A stretch of DNA of 64,000 bases, taken from NCBI RefSeq assembly GCF_030144855.1, contig NC_082715.1:112530001-112594000 (forward strand), written 5' to 3'. This DNA is from Hypanus sabinus (Eukaryota). This document shows, piece by piece, positions 1 to 13,583 of this stretch. The translations under genes and the position numbers were made by a program. Every line of letters starts with the position of its first letter. Position 1 is the stretch's first letter. The notes below the pieces were generated by a model that saw only the letters and a list, made by a program, of their open reading frames with translations, had not been told where the DNA came from and did not search any database.

Positions 1-689
1 AACTCTCCATAGGTATATTCTGAAATGCTTAAATGATGAGACAAAATATATTTAAAGGCCTGAGTAAACCAGACACATGAAGATGGGATACCATTTCATC
101 CTAGTTTCAATCTACAAAAGCCTACGGTGGATTGTCCCTTAGACTCAAAGAAATGCAGTGTGGACACAGGTCCTTCAGCCCAACCACTCCATGCTGATCC
201 TGCCCATCCCTGCAGCTAACCAAGGGCTTCATAAATGATACTACCGTACCTGCCTCAACTACTTCCTTTGGCAGCTCTTTCCAGATATTCATCACCCTCT
301 GCTTAAAAAATGTTGTCCTCCAGGTCCCCTTTTAAATCTCCTCCCTTTCAGCCTAAACCTACGCCTGCTAGATTTAGACTATCCTATCCTGGGGAAACGA
401 ATGTTACCGTCCACTTCAGTAAGGTCCCCTTCATTTTCTTATAAAGAATAAGCCTGGCCAACCTCTCCCTATAACTAAGGCCCTCTAATCCTAGCAACAG
501 CCCCATAAATCTTTTCTGCATTCTTTTGAGTTTAGCCCCATGATTCCTATAACAGGTCAAACAAAACTCTACACAGCAGTGTAATTTTCAATGTTTCCAG
601 TTTTCCTTGATTTCGCAGGACTGAAACATTGGTGCTGTTTCTTATTCTACAGGACCTGTTGGCTATTTCTGTTTTAAAGTCAAAGAAAT

Positions 690-940
690 ATAGCACAGAT
701 ACAGAACCATTCAGTGGGTGCAAACTACCAACCGCTAATTTACACCAGCCCTGCACGTACTCTCCACAAGTTCTCATCAATTCCCCCAAGATTCTACCAC
801 TCATTGACATACTAGGACCAATTAACCAAAGAACCTGTACGTCTTTAGGACATGGGAAGAAGCAGAGCACCCAGGAGAAGCTCACATGGTCACAGGGTGA
901 GGGGTGAACTCAGGTATCTGGTTGTGGGAGGCAGTGGGTC
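690..940 (-). mobile_element. Degenerate V-SINE-like element
   Basis: Reverse complement of the V-domain (acgtctttagga.atgggaagaagcagagcacccaggagaa...). Confidence 0.55.
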
Positions 941-1269
941 TACCAGCTGCACTGATGCACTGGCCTTATTTCAGATTTTCAGCTGTCTGTTTTTGGATTT
1001 GTTGAACTCTGTCTCTGCAGGACATTTCACTTGTGATCAATTCATGAATCCATTTGGATTATGTTCATCAGTCTACATCTGTTAACTTGGAGTCACAAAG
1101 TAATACAGCACAGAAGCATGCCAACCAGGAAGTGAAACTATACTAGACCCATTTCCTTCTGTTTGACCCATATCCCTCTAAAGCTTGACTATCAAGGCAT
1201 CTGTCCAGTGTCTTTTAAATGTTGTTATTGTACCTGTCTCAACCACTTCCTCTGGCAGCTCATCCCTTA

Positions 1270-2460
1270 TAATATGAAAAGGAATAGGGACAAATGTGTA
1301 GTGATGCCTTGGTCGACAAATAAATTACCAAAGAGGTATAGATGGTCATAAAGCACATTAAGGTGGATAAATCTTGTCTGACCAAGGGCATCCTTGGAGT
1401 CATGTGAAGTTAGTGAAGAAATTGCAGGGCCCTTGCAGAGATGTTTGTTTTGCCTTTGGCCACGGGTGAAATTCTGGAAGACTGGAAGATGGCTAATGTT
1501 AAACTATTATTTAAGAAGGACAGCAAAAATAAGCCAGGGAACCAGTGACTCTGACATCATTGACGGTTAAGTTACTGTTCATGATGAGAGACAGAACCAA
1601 CCATCATTTGGATGAACAAGATCTGATTAGGAGTAGTGAACACAACTTTGAGAGTGGGAAATCATGTCTGACAAATCTGTTAGAACTTATTTGAAGAAAC
1701 CAAGAAGAAAAGTGAGGGCAGGGCAGTGGACAGAGGCTGGTCTGGAAGGTCGAATGCATGGGATACAGGGAGAGTCAGCTAACTACATTCATCATTGGCA
1801 CGAGGCTAGGAAGCACAGGGTGATGCAGGAAGGCTGTTTCTCAAGTCTGGAGGCCAGTGACTAATGGTGTGCCACAGGAGACTTTCATACACTGGACATG
1901 AATAGAGAAGGCATAGCTAGTAAGTGTACAGATGGTATTAAAATAGAATGTATTGTAGACAGAGAAGAAAGTTATCAAAACTTTTAGAAAGATCTTAATC
2001 ACTGAGGTAAGTGGGCTGCGGATTGACAAATGCCATTCAACCAGATTAGTGTGAGATACTGCATTTTGGGAAGGCAAACCAAGATAGGACTTTTACAGTG
2101 AATGGTAGGGCCTTGAGAGTGTTGTACCCCTGGGTCTCTCTGCTCCATAAGTATATAGTTTGTTGAAAGTGGTGTCACAGGTAGACGGATTGGTGAAGAA
2201 GGCCTTTGGCACATAGGCCTTCATTATGTTTGAGCATTATGTTGCAGTTGCACAAGATGTTTGTGAGACTGCATTTGGAGTATTGTGTGCAGTTTGGTCA
2301 CCCTGTTATAGGAAGGATGTGATTAAACTGTAAAGTGTGTATAAGAAGGGGCTGAGTTAAAGGGAGAGGTTGGGTAGGCTAGCACTTTATTCTTTAGAAT
2401 GTAGGAGACTTAGGGATGACCTTATAGGCCTGAGGGGCAACTCTTCTTCACGCAGTGGGT
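1270..2460 (+). mobile_element. Decayed CR1-type LINE ORF2 fragment
   Basis: EDWK.ANV..LFKK, GKSCLTNL and LEYCVQF relics. Confidence 0.72.
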
Positions 2461-2613
2461 GGAGTCATAAGTGGCAAGAACAAAACTTGCCCATCGTTGA
2501 ATGATCCCTGTTTATTGCATAGTACTTTTCTGAAAACATTGATTATTACTTATGTATAGTACACTGGGACCATCTGCCAATCCATAATTGTCCTTAAACA
2601 GTGACACAATTCA

Positions 2614-2727
<114 letters not shown>

Positions 2728-3209
2728 CTAGGAGAGAAAGACACAATAAATGCCATTCTTTAAATCCCTCGTAGAACATTTCTCCCAAACACTGGCATTA
2801 AACAAACTAAAAGCCAAGGTATTTGGTTCTGTAGTATCAGGAAGAGGCTAGTCAGCCCTTTTGACCCATTATCCTATTCAATCTGTTCTTTAAATCTATC
2901 AAACTACCCTAAAGTTCCTTGCAAGTAAAAGAAAACCTAGCAGCCTTAGTTTCAAAATTTCAGTTGATCCTCACCCCTCGTCCCAGTTTCTGGGAGGCCA
3001 CGGAAACCAGATTTCCAAAGTGATCATCTCCTCTCCTCCTTCTGCTCACCACATTAGATAAATGTATGTCTAATAAAATCACTTTGGTTAGCTTATATTC
3101 AAAATAGTTACAGTAGGTACAATGTTAATAGGCTGTCTGCAGGTAATAGTCCCCAACAGGTAAGGATGAGTGGCTGGTAGGTTACAAATAGAAATTGAAT
3201 TAAGCAGAC

Positions 3210-3255
3210 CTGAGGGAAAGTGATCATCCGGACTGGAATTAGAGACTCCACCAAT
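3210..3255 (-). CDS. YIPF3: YIPF3 coding exon 4 (R-LVESLIPVRMITFPQ)
   Basis: 46 nt; phase completes exon 3; matches RLLESMIPIKMVNFPQ-type sequence; ttccag| and CAG|gtctgc. Confidence 0.92.
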
Positions 3256-3675
3256 CTGGAATTGTAAACAAAGTAGAACGTGAGTGAGTCTAGACTTAAA
3301 TGAGTCCAAATGGTACAGAATCAGACCAAAAATTAGGTAGTGTTGTAATTGGAGCAAAAACAAAACAGAAAAACCAAACTGCTGGAGTAACTCAGTATGT
3401 CAAGAAGTTTATGTGGGCGCAGAGGGACGTGACTGTGCTGCTTGAGTTCTGTTCTCAAGCAAAATATTAGCTCTATAGCTGCTGCCTGACCTTCTGACCT
3501 GTTGCCTCTTTTCAACATTTTCTATTTATTGCAGGACTCATTAAACTTGAAACAGATAAACTCTGAAATCTTACATCAGCGCTCAAGGTACTGAACGTGG
3601 TTTAAATATTTCTAAAAGGCATGAACTATCTTGAGCAACAAGAAAATTACAGAAAATAATTAATAGGAAAGTGAT

Positions 3676-5198
3676 CACAAAAACATGTTATACCTTTTGT
3701 TTTCCATAATACAAAGACTTGATCCATAAAAGAGGGTCGAAAAAAAAAGTTAGATATAATAGGGCTTGATAAGATAAACTTATTCAAGCCAAAAAATTTA
3801 CGAAATTGAAACCATATTCGCAATGTATATTTAACTATGGGATTAGTTATTTGTTTATTCAATTTAGATAAAGAAAAAGGAAGTGAAGATCCTAAAATTG
3901 GAAAGAGTGAAAAGTCTTGTACAGATTTACATTCCAAATTTACCCATTGTGGGCAAGACGCCATAATCGATTCTTGTGTCCAAAATATTAAATATCGAAT
4001 ATTGACTGCACAGTAGTAAAATCTCAGGTTGGCAAAGCCAAAGGTACAACATGTTTTCCTGATCTATTTTTAGATAATAGTTTTATGTCCTTTGAACAGC
4101 TATCTAATAAATATAATTTACCTAAAACTTATTTTTTTTTAGATATTTGCAAGTTAGAAATTTCTTGAATAATATGTTAGTCTTTTCTGAAATTATGTCC
4201 AATGGACATTACGGAAATTTTTTTTTAGCTCTGAATCCTTGCCAGAAGGGTTTAGTAGCCACCATTTATGATATGATCATGAAAATACAGCCAGAAGTAT
4301 CAGAAAAAATTAAGAAGGAATGGGAAAAAGAACTTAATTGTCTTATACCCACTGAGCACTGAGCGAAAATTTTACAATTAGTCAATTCCTCTTCTATTTG
4401 TGCTAAACATGCCCTAATACAATTTAAGGTTGTACATAGGGCTCACATGTCCAAGGATAAACTTGCTCGATTTTACTCTCATGTTAATCCAATCTGTGAC
4501 AGATGTCATTTCTGAAGTAGCTTCTTTGACCACATGTTTTGGTCTTGCCTCTGCTTGCAAAATTATTGGAAAGATATTTTCGGTATTATTTCAACAGTTC
4601 TGAATATCAAATTGCAACCGCATCCTATTACTGCAATTTTCAGTTTACCAATGGTGGATAATAGTTGTTTATCCCCCTCAGCTCAACAGATGATTGCATT
4701 TGTACATTAATGGCTAGAAGATCTATCCTATTGAACTGGAAAGAAATTAATCCTCTAACTATATTTCTGTGGTTTACTCAAACTATCTCTTGTTTGAGCT
4801 TAGAAAAAATTAGAAGTGTTGTCTTTGATTCTTCAGTTAAATTTGAAGAAACTTGGAGACCACTTATACAACATTTTCGTATTAGTTAAACTGACTTTTC
4901 CTAAACCCTGCTTCTACTATCCTTAATTATTTGGATGGAGGTGCAGAGTTATTGATGCTACTGTGTATATTTGACATAATGCAATGGCCCATGTTGGTTA
5001 GTTTTTTTTTCTGGAGGTTTTTTTTTCTTATTTACTCCTTTTTTTGTAATCACTATGAGGTTGGGAGGTTATTATATATGGACCATCATCTATATGAATG
5101 TATACTTAACCTATTAACTATGTACTTTCAAACTCCCTGTATTCATGTTTCATTTATGTTTGTTTAAAATTAATGAAAAGATTTAAAAAGAAAAAGAG
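3676..5198 (+). mobile_element. 5'-truncated, 5'-inverted L1-clade LINE (ORF2 C-terminal part plus 3' UTR)
   Basis: 3676-~4040 encodes ORF2 on minus (RFYY..VNIR...WFQFRKFFG); ~4041-4889 continues on plus (FRYLQVRNFL, QFKVVHR, HMFW.C zinc knuckle); A-rich tail; flanking AAGTGAT at 3669-3675 and 5199-5205. Confidence 0.88.
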
Positions 5199-5659
5199 AA
5201 GTGATATTTAAACCATTAACAAGAGTAATATATACAGTTGTACAAACTTCACAGAGGTTATGCAATTATGACCAACATAAAATTGCACTTAGAAATAAAT
5301 CTAGTTCAATTGAGTATTTGCATTAAATGGTACAGGCACAAATCAAATGCATGTTATTTAGGGCAGAGAAGGGAAACTTTAAGAAAACAGGAAAATCAGT
5401 ACATTGTTGGGATTAGTTTTAAAAGGTGCATGTACTCTGAAGAATGGATGGAGATGCTGTAATAGAAGTGGGACAAAGAATATGGCAATAACTCAGGTCT
5501 ACAGAACCTTAACTACAGATAATATGGAGGATAAGTAACTTAATTTAGGGTGAATGACCTGTTTCTGTATTTTTTAAAAATATAATTTTGAACCACATAT
5601 CCATGACATGACTGACAATTATTCCAGAATTTAATGGCTCCACTTTGTCCCTCTTGGAA

Positions 5660-6230
5660 GCATTATGGGTATTTATGGTGGAACGGATGAGGATATCAAA
5701 GTCAGGATCAACAAGACCAGAGTTGTATTCAACATCTTGAAGAAAGTGTGGACATCCAGAATCATATCAAGGAAAACCAAAACAGAATCTTTAACTCAAA
5801 TCTTAAAACAGTGCTTCCGTATGGGTTTGAAAACTGGAGAACAACAAAGACACGACAAAAACTACAGGCTTTCATCAACCAGTGCCTGAGAAGGGTCCTA
5901 AACATCAGAACGATTGACAAAGTAACCAACCAGAAACTATGGGAAAACACCAACCATGAATCTACTTAGAGTTCAAAACATGGAAACAGAAATGGAGGTG
6001 GTTTGGCCACACTTTGAGGAAGCAACTATCATCACCAGGCAAGCACTAAAATGGAAGAGGAAAGACGGACATCCAAAGAACACATGGAGGAGAGATGTCA
6101 ATGCCAAAATTGGATGATGGAGACACTCCCAGTGCACCTACAAGAAACTGGCTCAGAACAAAGGACAATGGAGACAGGAGGTCATTGACAACCTGTGCTC
6201 CACTGGAGCCAAGAGCCCAAGAAGAAGACT
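5660..6230 (+). mobile_element. RTE-clade LINE 3' fragment
   Basis: DIKVRINK.R..F..LKKVW, LPYG.ENW, LQAF.NQCLRR.LNI, WRW.GH motifs. Confidence 0.8.
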
Positions 6231-6476
6231 GTTGTTTGTGGCTGCACAGGTGCCAGAGTTTGTATCTTAATGCTGCTGCTTAATACCTATGTCTCTGACT
6301 TTGTTAGTTTTTGCTTATATACCTTAATGTAACCTTGGTATCAAATTCTATTTGCTAACACTCTTATTAAGTGCTTTGCTACAACTGGGGTGTCAGCCAG
6401 ACAACTATCATCATTTATAGAGCTTTATCCGTCAATAGAAAAACAGAGCTAAAACATTTAAATTAAAGCTCACCTA

Positions 6477-6584
<108 letters not shown>

Positions 6585-6717
6585 CTAAAACAGATAATCC
6601 AAACTTAGCTTGGCAAATTATTGAGCTGATGCCCTCTAAAGTAACGGAACACTCCCCAACAATTACGTGGCTGAGAAGGCAATGCAGTTCAGCACAGAGC
6701 ATTGCAGTGGTACTTAA

Positions 6718-6930
6718 ACACACACAAAATAGTGGAGGAACTCAGCAAGTCAGGCAGCATCTACAGAAGGAAATAGTCAGTGTTTTGCGCCTTTGTGCAA
6801 ATGAAGGGACTTGGCCTGAAACATCAACTGTTTATTCCACTCTATTAATGCTACTGGCTTTGCTGAGTTTCTCCAATATTTTCTGGGTGTTGCTTAAGAT
6901 TTCCAGCATTTGTAGAATCTCCTGTGTCTA
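6718..6930. repeat. Palindromic Penelope-derived hairpin repeat
   Basis: Arms ...ggaggaactcagcaagtcaggcagcatc... and ...atgctactggctttgctgagtttctcc...; centre ATGAAGGG..CCTGAAAC. Confidence 0.75.
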
Positions 6931-7514
6931 GTGTTACTTAAACCTACCAGATTTAATATGGGACAGGTTATATGCAGAACTTACTTTGGCAACAGTAAGA
7001 TTTCAAGACCACTTATGGCAAAGACACGAGTAAGTATTTTTGCAGTAGAGGGACTGAGATAGAGATTAGCGTTGTTTTTTCATTTTTAGTTACAATTTAC
7101 TGTGGATATTTTGAGTTGTTTCTTTTTAACACTGGAATATAACACAGGAATAACTTCTGTAATTTGTCTACACCACTATTACAAATGAAACAGTGGCCCA
7201 AAGAGTGACCCATAATCAGAAAAGGGGGAGCAATCAACACAAAACTTTAGCTTGGCATTGGATACAGTGCAATACAGTACCTGGGACATCTAGGCTACAC
7301 AGTGGGATCAAGATGACTGCTAGAAGAACAGAAGGCTGCTAGTGCTTGAGTAATTTATGTCACTAAGTGGTACAACAAATGAATACACACTATCGTAGAC
7401 ACTCCTGATGTTGGAAGGTTGACAAATATTGCATGGGTTTAAAAAAAATCACAGTACTTGATGCAAGAATCTGGTTTGTAATGGAGCTGACACTGACTGT
7501 GATTTTCAAGGTCA

Positions 7515-7880
<366 letters not shown>

Positions 7881-8394
7881 CTAAATATTGGCAGAATTTT
7901 AGAACATTACCAGAAAAATATACAGATTATTTAAACATAACATTCTTAGACCTGAAGCTACACTAGTGAATAGTAGTCATGAAAGAGGGTATTTATTGGA
8001 GCTGTTCCACAGAAGAGATTTCAGCTTCAAGGTTAGACTAGGCAAGCTGGTATTGTTCTCCTTGGAGCAAAAGAAGGTTGAGATGAGTTGTTGAGGTGTA
8101 CCAGATCAATATTGGTTTAGACAGGTTTACATTGAGAGAAACTATTGCTGTAAGCAAATGGTTAAAGGAATCATATGAGTGGTTTAACATGTGGAAGATA
8201 GAGGAAAGTACCTGGGACATCTAGGCTACACAGTGGGATCTAGGCTAACAGAAAGTAACTGCTCCTTGTCTATAATGGTGGTGGAAAAAGAATCAATAAG
8301 GGCCTTTAGAAAGGAATTCAATATGCACTTCAGTGTCGCCAGAACACCCTTGCACTCAATATCACTAAGACCAAGGAATTGATTCAAGGGAGAA

Positions 8395-9035
8395 TACACA
8401 ACAGTCCTCACTGAGAGATCAGCAGCGGGAAGGGTGGGGAGTTTCAAGTTCCTGGGTGTCAACATCTTTGAAGATATACTCTGAGATCAACAAATTGATA
8501 GAATTATGAAACATGTTAGAGACTTACTTCATTAGGAGTTTGAGGAAATTTAGTATATCACCAAAGACCAGCATATTTCTACAGATGTATCATAGAGAGC
8601 ATTCTGACTTCTGGTATGGAGGGGCCACTGCACAAGATTGGAAAAGTCTGTAGGCGGTTATAAACTCAGGTTGCTCCATCACGGGCACTTCCTCCTCACC
8701 ATCCAGGACATCTTTAAAAGGTGATGCCTCAAGAAAGCAGCACCCATCATGGAGGACCCTCACTATCCAGGACTTGCCCTCTACTCCTTACTATTAATGA
8801 GGTGGATCAGAAGCCTGAAGATGCATAATCAACGTTTTAGAAACAGCTCTTCCCCTCTACCAAACAATCTTTGAATGATCCATGAATACTATTTCGCTAT
8901 TTTGTTCTCTTGTTGCATTATATATTTATACAATACATTATTATAATTTATAGTAATTTTTATGCATTGCACTGTACTGCCACAAAACAACACATTTCAC
9001 GACATATGTCTGTGATTATAAATTTGATTCTGAGT
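8395..9035 (+). mobile_element. Rex/Babar-type LINE 3' fragment
   Basis: FKFLGVNI..., IESILT, HPG.ALY.LL relics; gattctga-type tail. Confidence 0.7.
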
Positions 9036-9139
9036 TACTTAAGAAAGGAGTGAGACAGAAAACCAGCAACTATATGGCATTATAGGAATTATATAGGCAT
9101 TATATGACATTATCTTTCATTAGGAAAATACTGCACTCT

Positions 9140-10500
9140 CTGAGGAGGGAGAGAAGCAAAAGACAGGAAACTATAGGCCTGACTTCAGTGGTGGCAAGAT
9201 GTTGGAGTCCATTATTAATGTTGATGTTTCGGGAACACAGCATGGTTTCCTTAAGGTAAAATGTTGTCAGACAAATCTGCAGGAATTCTTTGAGGAAATA
9301 ACAGGCAGAATAGACAAAGGAGAGTCAGTGGATATTGTTTAATTAGATTTTCAGAAGGCCTTTAAACAAGGTGCTGCACGTGGATTACTAAGCAAAATAA
9401 GAGCCCATGGTACTACAGGAAAGATACAAGCTTGGACAAAAGATTGGCTGACTGGCAGAATACAAAGTGTGGAAATGAAAGGGGTCTTTTCTGATTGGTG
9501 GCCAGTGACTAGTGGTGTTTTGCAAGGCTTGATGTCGGGTCCACTAATTTTCTTGTTATAAGTTAATCGTCTGGATGATGGAATTGATTGCTTGAGGCTG
9601 AGTTTGTGGATGATACACAGATAAGTGGAAAGGCAGATAGTGTTGAGAAAGCAGGGAGTTTGCAAAAGGACTTGGACAGTTTAGGAGAATGGACAGAGAA
9701 GTGACAGGTGGAATAGTGTAGGGAAGTGTACGGTTATGCACTTTGTAGAAGGAATAAAGTTGTACGCTATTTTCTAAATGGGGAACAAATTCATGAAATT
9801 GGAGGTTAAAAAGGACTTCAGACAAGCAGGATTCTCTAAAGGCGAGCTTGCAGGTTGAGTCAGTGGTAAGGAAGGCAAATACAATGTTAGCATTCATTTT
9901 GAGAAGACTAGAATACAAGAGCAACGATGTAATGCTGAGGCTTTATAAAGCATTGTTCAGACCACGTGGAATATTGAGGGCAATTTTGGGCCAATATCTA
10001 ACAAAGGATGTGCCAGTATTGGAAAAGGTCCAGAGGATGCTTACAAGAATGATCCTGGGAATGAAAGATTTGACACATAAGGAGCCATTAATGGTTCTGG
10101 GCCTGTAATCGCTGGAATTTAGAAGAATGAGAGGGGAAATCTCATTGAAACCTATGGGATATTGAAAAGCCAAGACAGAGTGAGTGCAGCGAGGATGTTT
10201 CCAGTTGTAGGGAAGTCTAGGACCAGAGTGCACAGCTTCGGAATACAAAGGCATCCCTTTGGAACAGAGATGAGGAGGAATTTCTATAGCCAGAGGGTAG
10301 TGAATCTATGGAATACATTGCCACAGATAGCTGTGGAGGCCAAGTGATTAGGCATATTTAAAGCAGAAGTTGCTAGGTTCTTGATGAGAGTGTCAAAGGC
10401 ATTGGAGAGAAGGCAGGCAAATGGAGTTGAGAGGGAAAATAAATCAGCCATGATCAAATAGTGCAGCAGAATGGCCTAATTCTGCTCCAATGCTTAATGG
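9140..10500 (+). mobile_element. CR1-type LINE 3' part
   Basis: DFQKAF, VVRKANTMLAFI, LEKVQR.LTRMI, FYSQRVVNLWN.LP, conserved CR1 3' end. Confidence 0.85.
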
Positions 10501-10664
10501 AATCCTTTAGAAAGCTAACAGTAGGCTACTTAGAAAAATAACAGTGTTTGATAAATTTAAGTAAATAAACAAACAGGGTGAGTAAAGGGGAAATCAACAA
10601 ACACTGCAATATGTTGCTTTCCAGAAGGTATTCGATAAAAGCACACGGGCCTGGGGATAATATT

Positions 10665-11608
10665 CAGTGGTTTCCAGTTAATTAGTACATTTTGGGCCAA
10701 TTAAGTGGCTGCCCCCATTTGCTGAAGTTTCATAGAAATACTTAAAAAGTACAAAAAAACTGAATAACAAATTATGTACTTCAAAGAAATATAGAACAAA
10801 TTAAAACACAACCAATAGTACAATACGACAAAACTATGTTAGTTCCTAAACGTTATCAACAAAGGAATTTCCACAATGCACAAAATAAGCACAGATAATA
10901 CAATGTGATAATTGCCTCCGAAAACTTCATTTTCATTTTAGATGATTGTTGATACCTTCAAATTCTTTGCAGTTCCTAATTTGTTGAAGTAGTGAAATAA
11001 TTTCATTTTTACTCCCAGCTGTTTCTGGCATCTCTAAGACTGAATGCTTGAAACTGCAGTGAGCAAAGGGGAAGCTTAGTAGTGACCTGGGTTCAATTCC
11101 CGCTGCTGCCTGTAAAGAGTTTGTATGTTCTCCCCATGACTGCTTAGGTTTCCTCTGGGTGCCCTGGTATCCTCCTACAGCCCAAAGACATACTGGTTGG
11201 TAGGTTAGTTGGTTATTGTAAATTGTTCCCCGATTAGGCTTGGAATAAATTGCTGGGTGGCATGGCTCGAAGGGCCTATTTCATGTTGTATCTCAATAAA
11301 AATAAATAAAAAGTTTAGAATTGCCTTGTTGCTTATTTCTGACCCGCTATCAGTAACAAAAAATCACTGCTTTTTGAACACAAACACACAACTGCTGCCA
11401 TTTAAAAACTGTTCATTCTAAGGATGGTGTAGCGTCTAAAGGCCACCCAAGTGCTATAAACTGATGCCAGTTGGAACCAGGCTCTTGCTCCAATTAAGTG
11501 GCCTAATATCCCACATAAACGAAAGAATCCCAATAATTCTTTCAATTAGTTTTTGCTCTTTATGATTTTCCCCGATTAACCAATAGCCTGATTAACTGGA
11601 ATCTGCTA
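10665..11608 (-). mobile_element. Tigger/pogo-type element, same family, opposite orientation, with a SINE inserted
   Basis: CAGTGGTTTCCAGTTAATT...GATTAACTGGAATCTGCTA ends; interior is the reverse complement of 45694-46502. Confidence 0.8.
11070..11311 (+). mobile_element. tRNA-derived V-SINE (HE1-like)
   Basis: B box GGTTCAATTCC; V-domain GAGTTTGTATGTTCTCCCC...GGTTTCCTC; (TAAA)n tail. Confidence 0.8.
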
Positions 11609-13505
11609 TAATGAATACTTAGAGATAGTAACTAATAGATAACTAAGAGTCAAGATAAGTGAGTAATTTTTGGTAAAGTGTTTTGTTAGCAGCTTCGGTA
11701 ATATAAAGAGAGATGGATTAGCAAATTGTGGGGGGGGTATAGGGCCTGCAAAAGAATTATAGCTTACAGCAAGTGATTTGAATATGTAGGCAGATAGAAG
11801 ACAATGAAGAAAATGCACTTTGGATGGAAGAATGATAAACCTGATAATGATTGAAATGAAGTGAGACTATAAAATGCTGAGGTACAAGAGGACCTGAAAG
11901 GTCCTAGAACCTGAAACATTAAAAAATCAGCATGCAGAAACAGAAAGCAGTAAGAAATTGGTCTTTATTGGAAAAGATTATATAGGTTGTAACTACATGG
12001 TGCAATGAGGCCTCATCTAAAATACTGCATACAATGCTGATCTTGTGTATTGCACAGAAGCATTGCAGAAAAGGGTGATGTACGAAGAAAGTTTGACCTT
12101 TTGTAGTAAGTTGTATGCAGTATTTTAGGTGAGGCCTCATTGGATTACTGAAGAGGTGATCTTATTGAACTGAATAAGATTCTGATCGTGGATTAATCAG
12201 ATGGATGTCAACTGTTTGCTTCCCTAATAGGAGTAACTCCAACTGCAGGACACATCTTCATAAGGGGTTGCTCATTTAAGATGCAAGTGTAGATAACATT
12301 CAAGGCTCATGAATCCTTAGATTTCTCAGCCCCAGAGAGCTAAGAAGACAAAGAGACTAACATTTAATGCACATGGTTCAAGGGTTATGTGAAACAGTAA
12401 TATGGTATTAAAGCCAAGATTGGATCAACTGTGATCTTACTGAATAACAGAGCAGACATAAACTTGAAAGGGTGCAGAGGAAATTTATACAGAAGTTACT
12501 AGAACTTGAGGATCTGAGCTACAGGGGAGCAGTTGAATTGGTTAGCATTTTATTCCCTGGATTGCAGGACAATGAGAGGAAATCTTAAAGAAGCGCACAA
12601 AATCATTAAGGGTATAGATAGGGTGAATGCATGCAGTTCTCAGATTGGGTGAAATTAGAACTGGAGACCATAGGTTTATAGTGAAAAGTGATATATCTCA
12701 GGGGAATCAGAAGTAACTTCTGCGTTCAGCAGGTGGTGTGACAGGAATGAACTGCCAGCAGAAGTGGGTTCAGTTGCAACATTTAAGATAAGTTTGGCGA
12801 GGTATATGAATGAGAGAGAGTATGGAGGGTATCTGGGTGTACCTATACAGACAGACTTTATTGGGTTTCGTTACAGGCGCACCAACCAAGAATAGTGTAG
12901 ACAATATATAAATATAAAACCATAAATAATATGTAGATCATGCCAAGTGGAAGTAAGTCCAGGACCAGCCTATTGGCTCAGGGTGTCGGACACTCCGAGG
13001 GAGGAGTTGTAAAGTTTGATGGCCACAGGCAGGAATGACTTCCTGTGACTCAGTGTTACATCACGGTGGAATGAGTCTCTGGCTGAATGTACTTCTGTGC
13101 CTAACCAGTACATTATGGAGTGGATGGGAGTCATTGTCCAAGATGGCATGCAACTTGTACAGCGTACAGGACTGGACAAACCAGGCTAGTACAAACTGGA
13201 TGGGGTAAAGGCCCTATTTCTGTGCTGTAATGCTCTAGGACTCCATGTCTAAAATATTCGGAGGTTAGACAATGTGGGGGGGGGGCAACAAGGAGGGGAA
13301 CACACTGCAGAGTATACACAATGCAGACGAATATTCAGTGGTGAAGCTGAGGGTAGGGGTAACAATGGATGGGGATAGGTATTGTGGAAGCAATGTGTGG
13401 GTGACACACTCAATCGGGGAACACTTTGTGGGTGGGGCACTGCATGAGCCAACGAGAAGTCAGGTGATACGCATTGCGGGTCCTGAGTGGCAAAGTTTAT
13501 TTAAC

Positions 13506-13583
13506 CTGCAGCAGCGCCTCCTCGAAGTTTCCCCATTCGCCGTTCTTCGTCCCTCCACCACCGGCGGCCGCTGTCGTCGCCAT
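13506..13583 (-). CDS. YIPF3: YIPF3 coding exon 1 (MATTAAAGGGGTKNGEWGNFEEALLQ)
   Basis: ATG at 13583 in a CpG island; 26 codons resembling the vertebrate YIPF3 N-terminus (MATTAA...EWG.FEE..Q); phase-0 donor CAG|gttaaa. Confidence 0.92.

Noticed and set aside
1-2600. Expected YIPF3 exon 6 (REGTLMGTA...)
   Set aside because: Not found; the region is CR1/SINE-derived, so the exon presumably lies left of the window rather than being lost
11085-11105. tRNA-like B box
   Set aside because: Part of a SINE head; no cloverleaf, so not a tRNA gene
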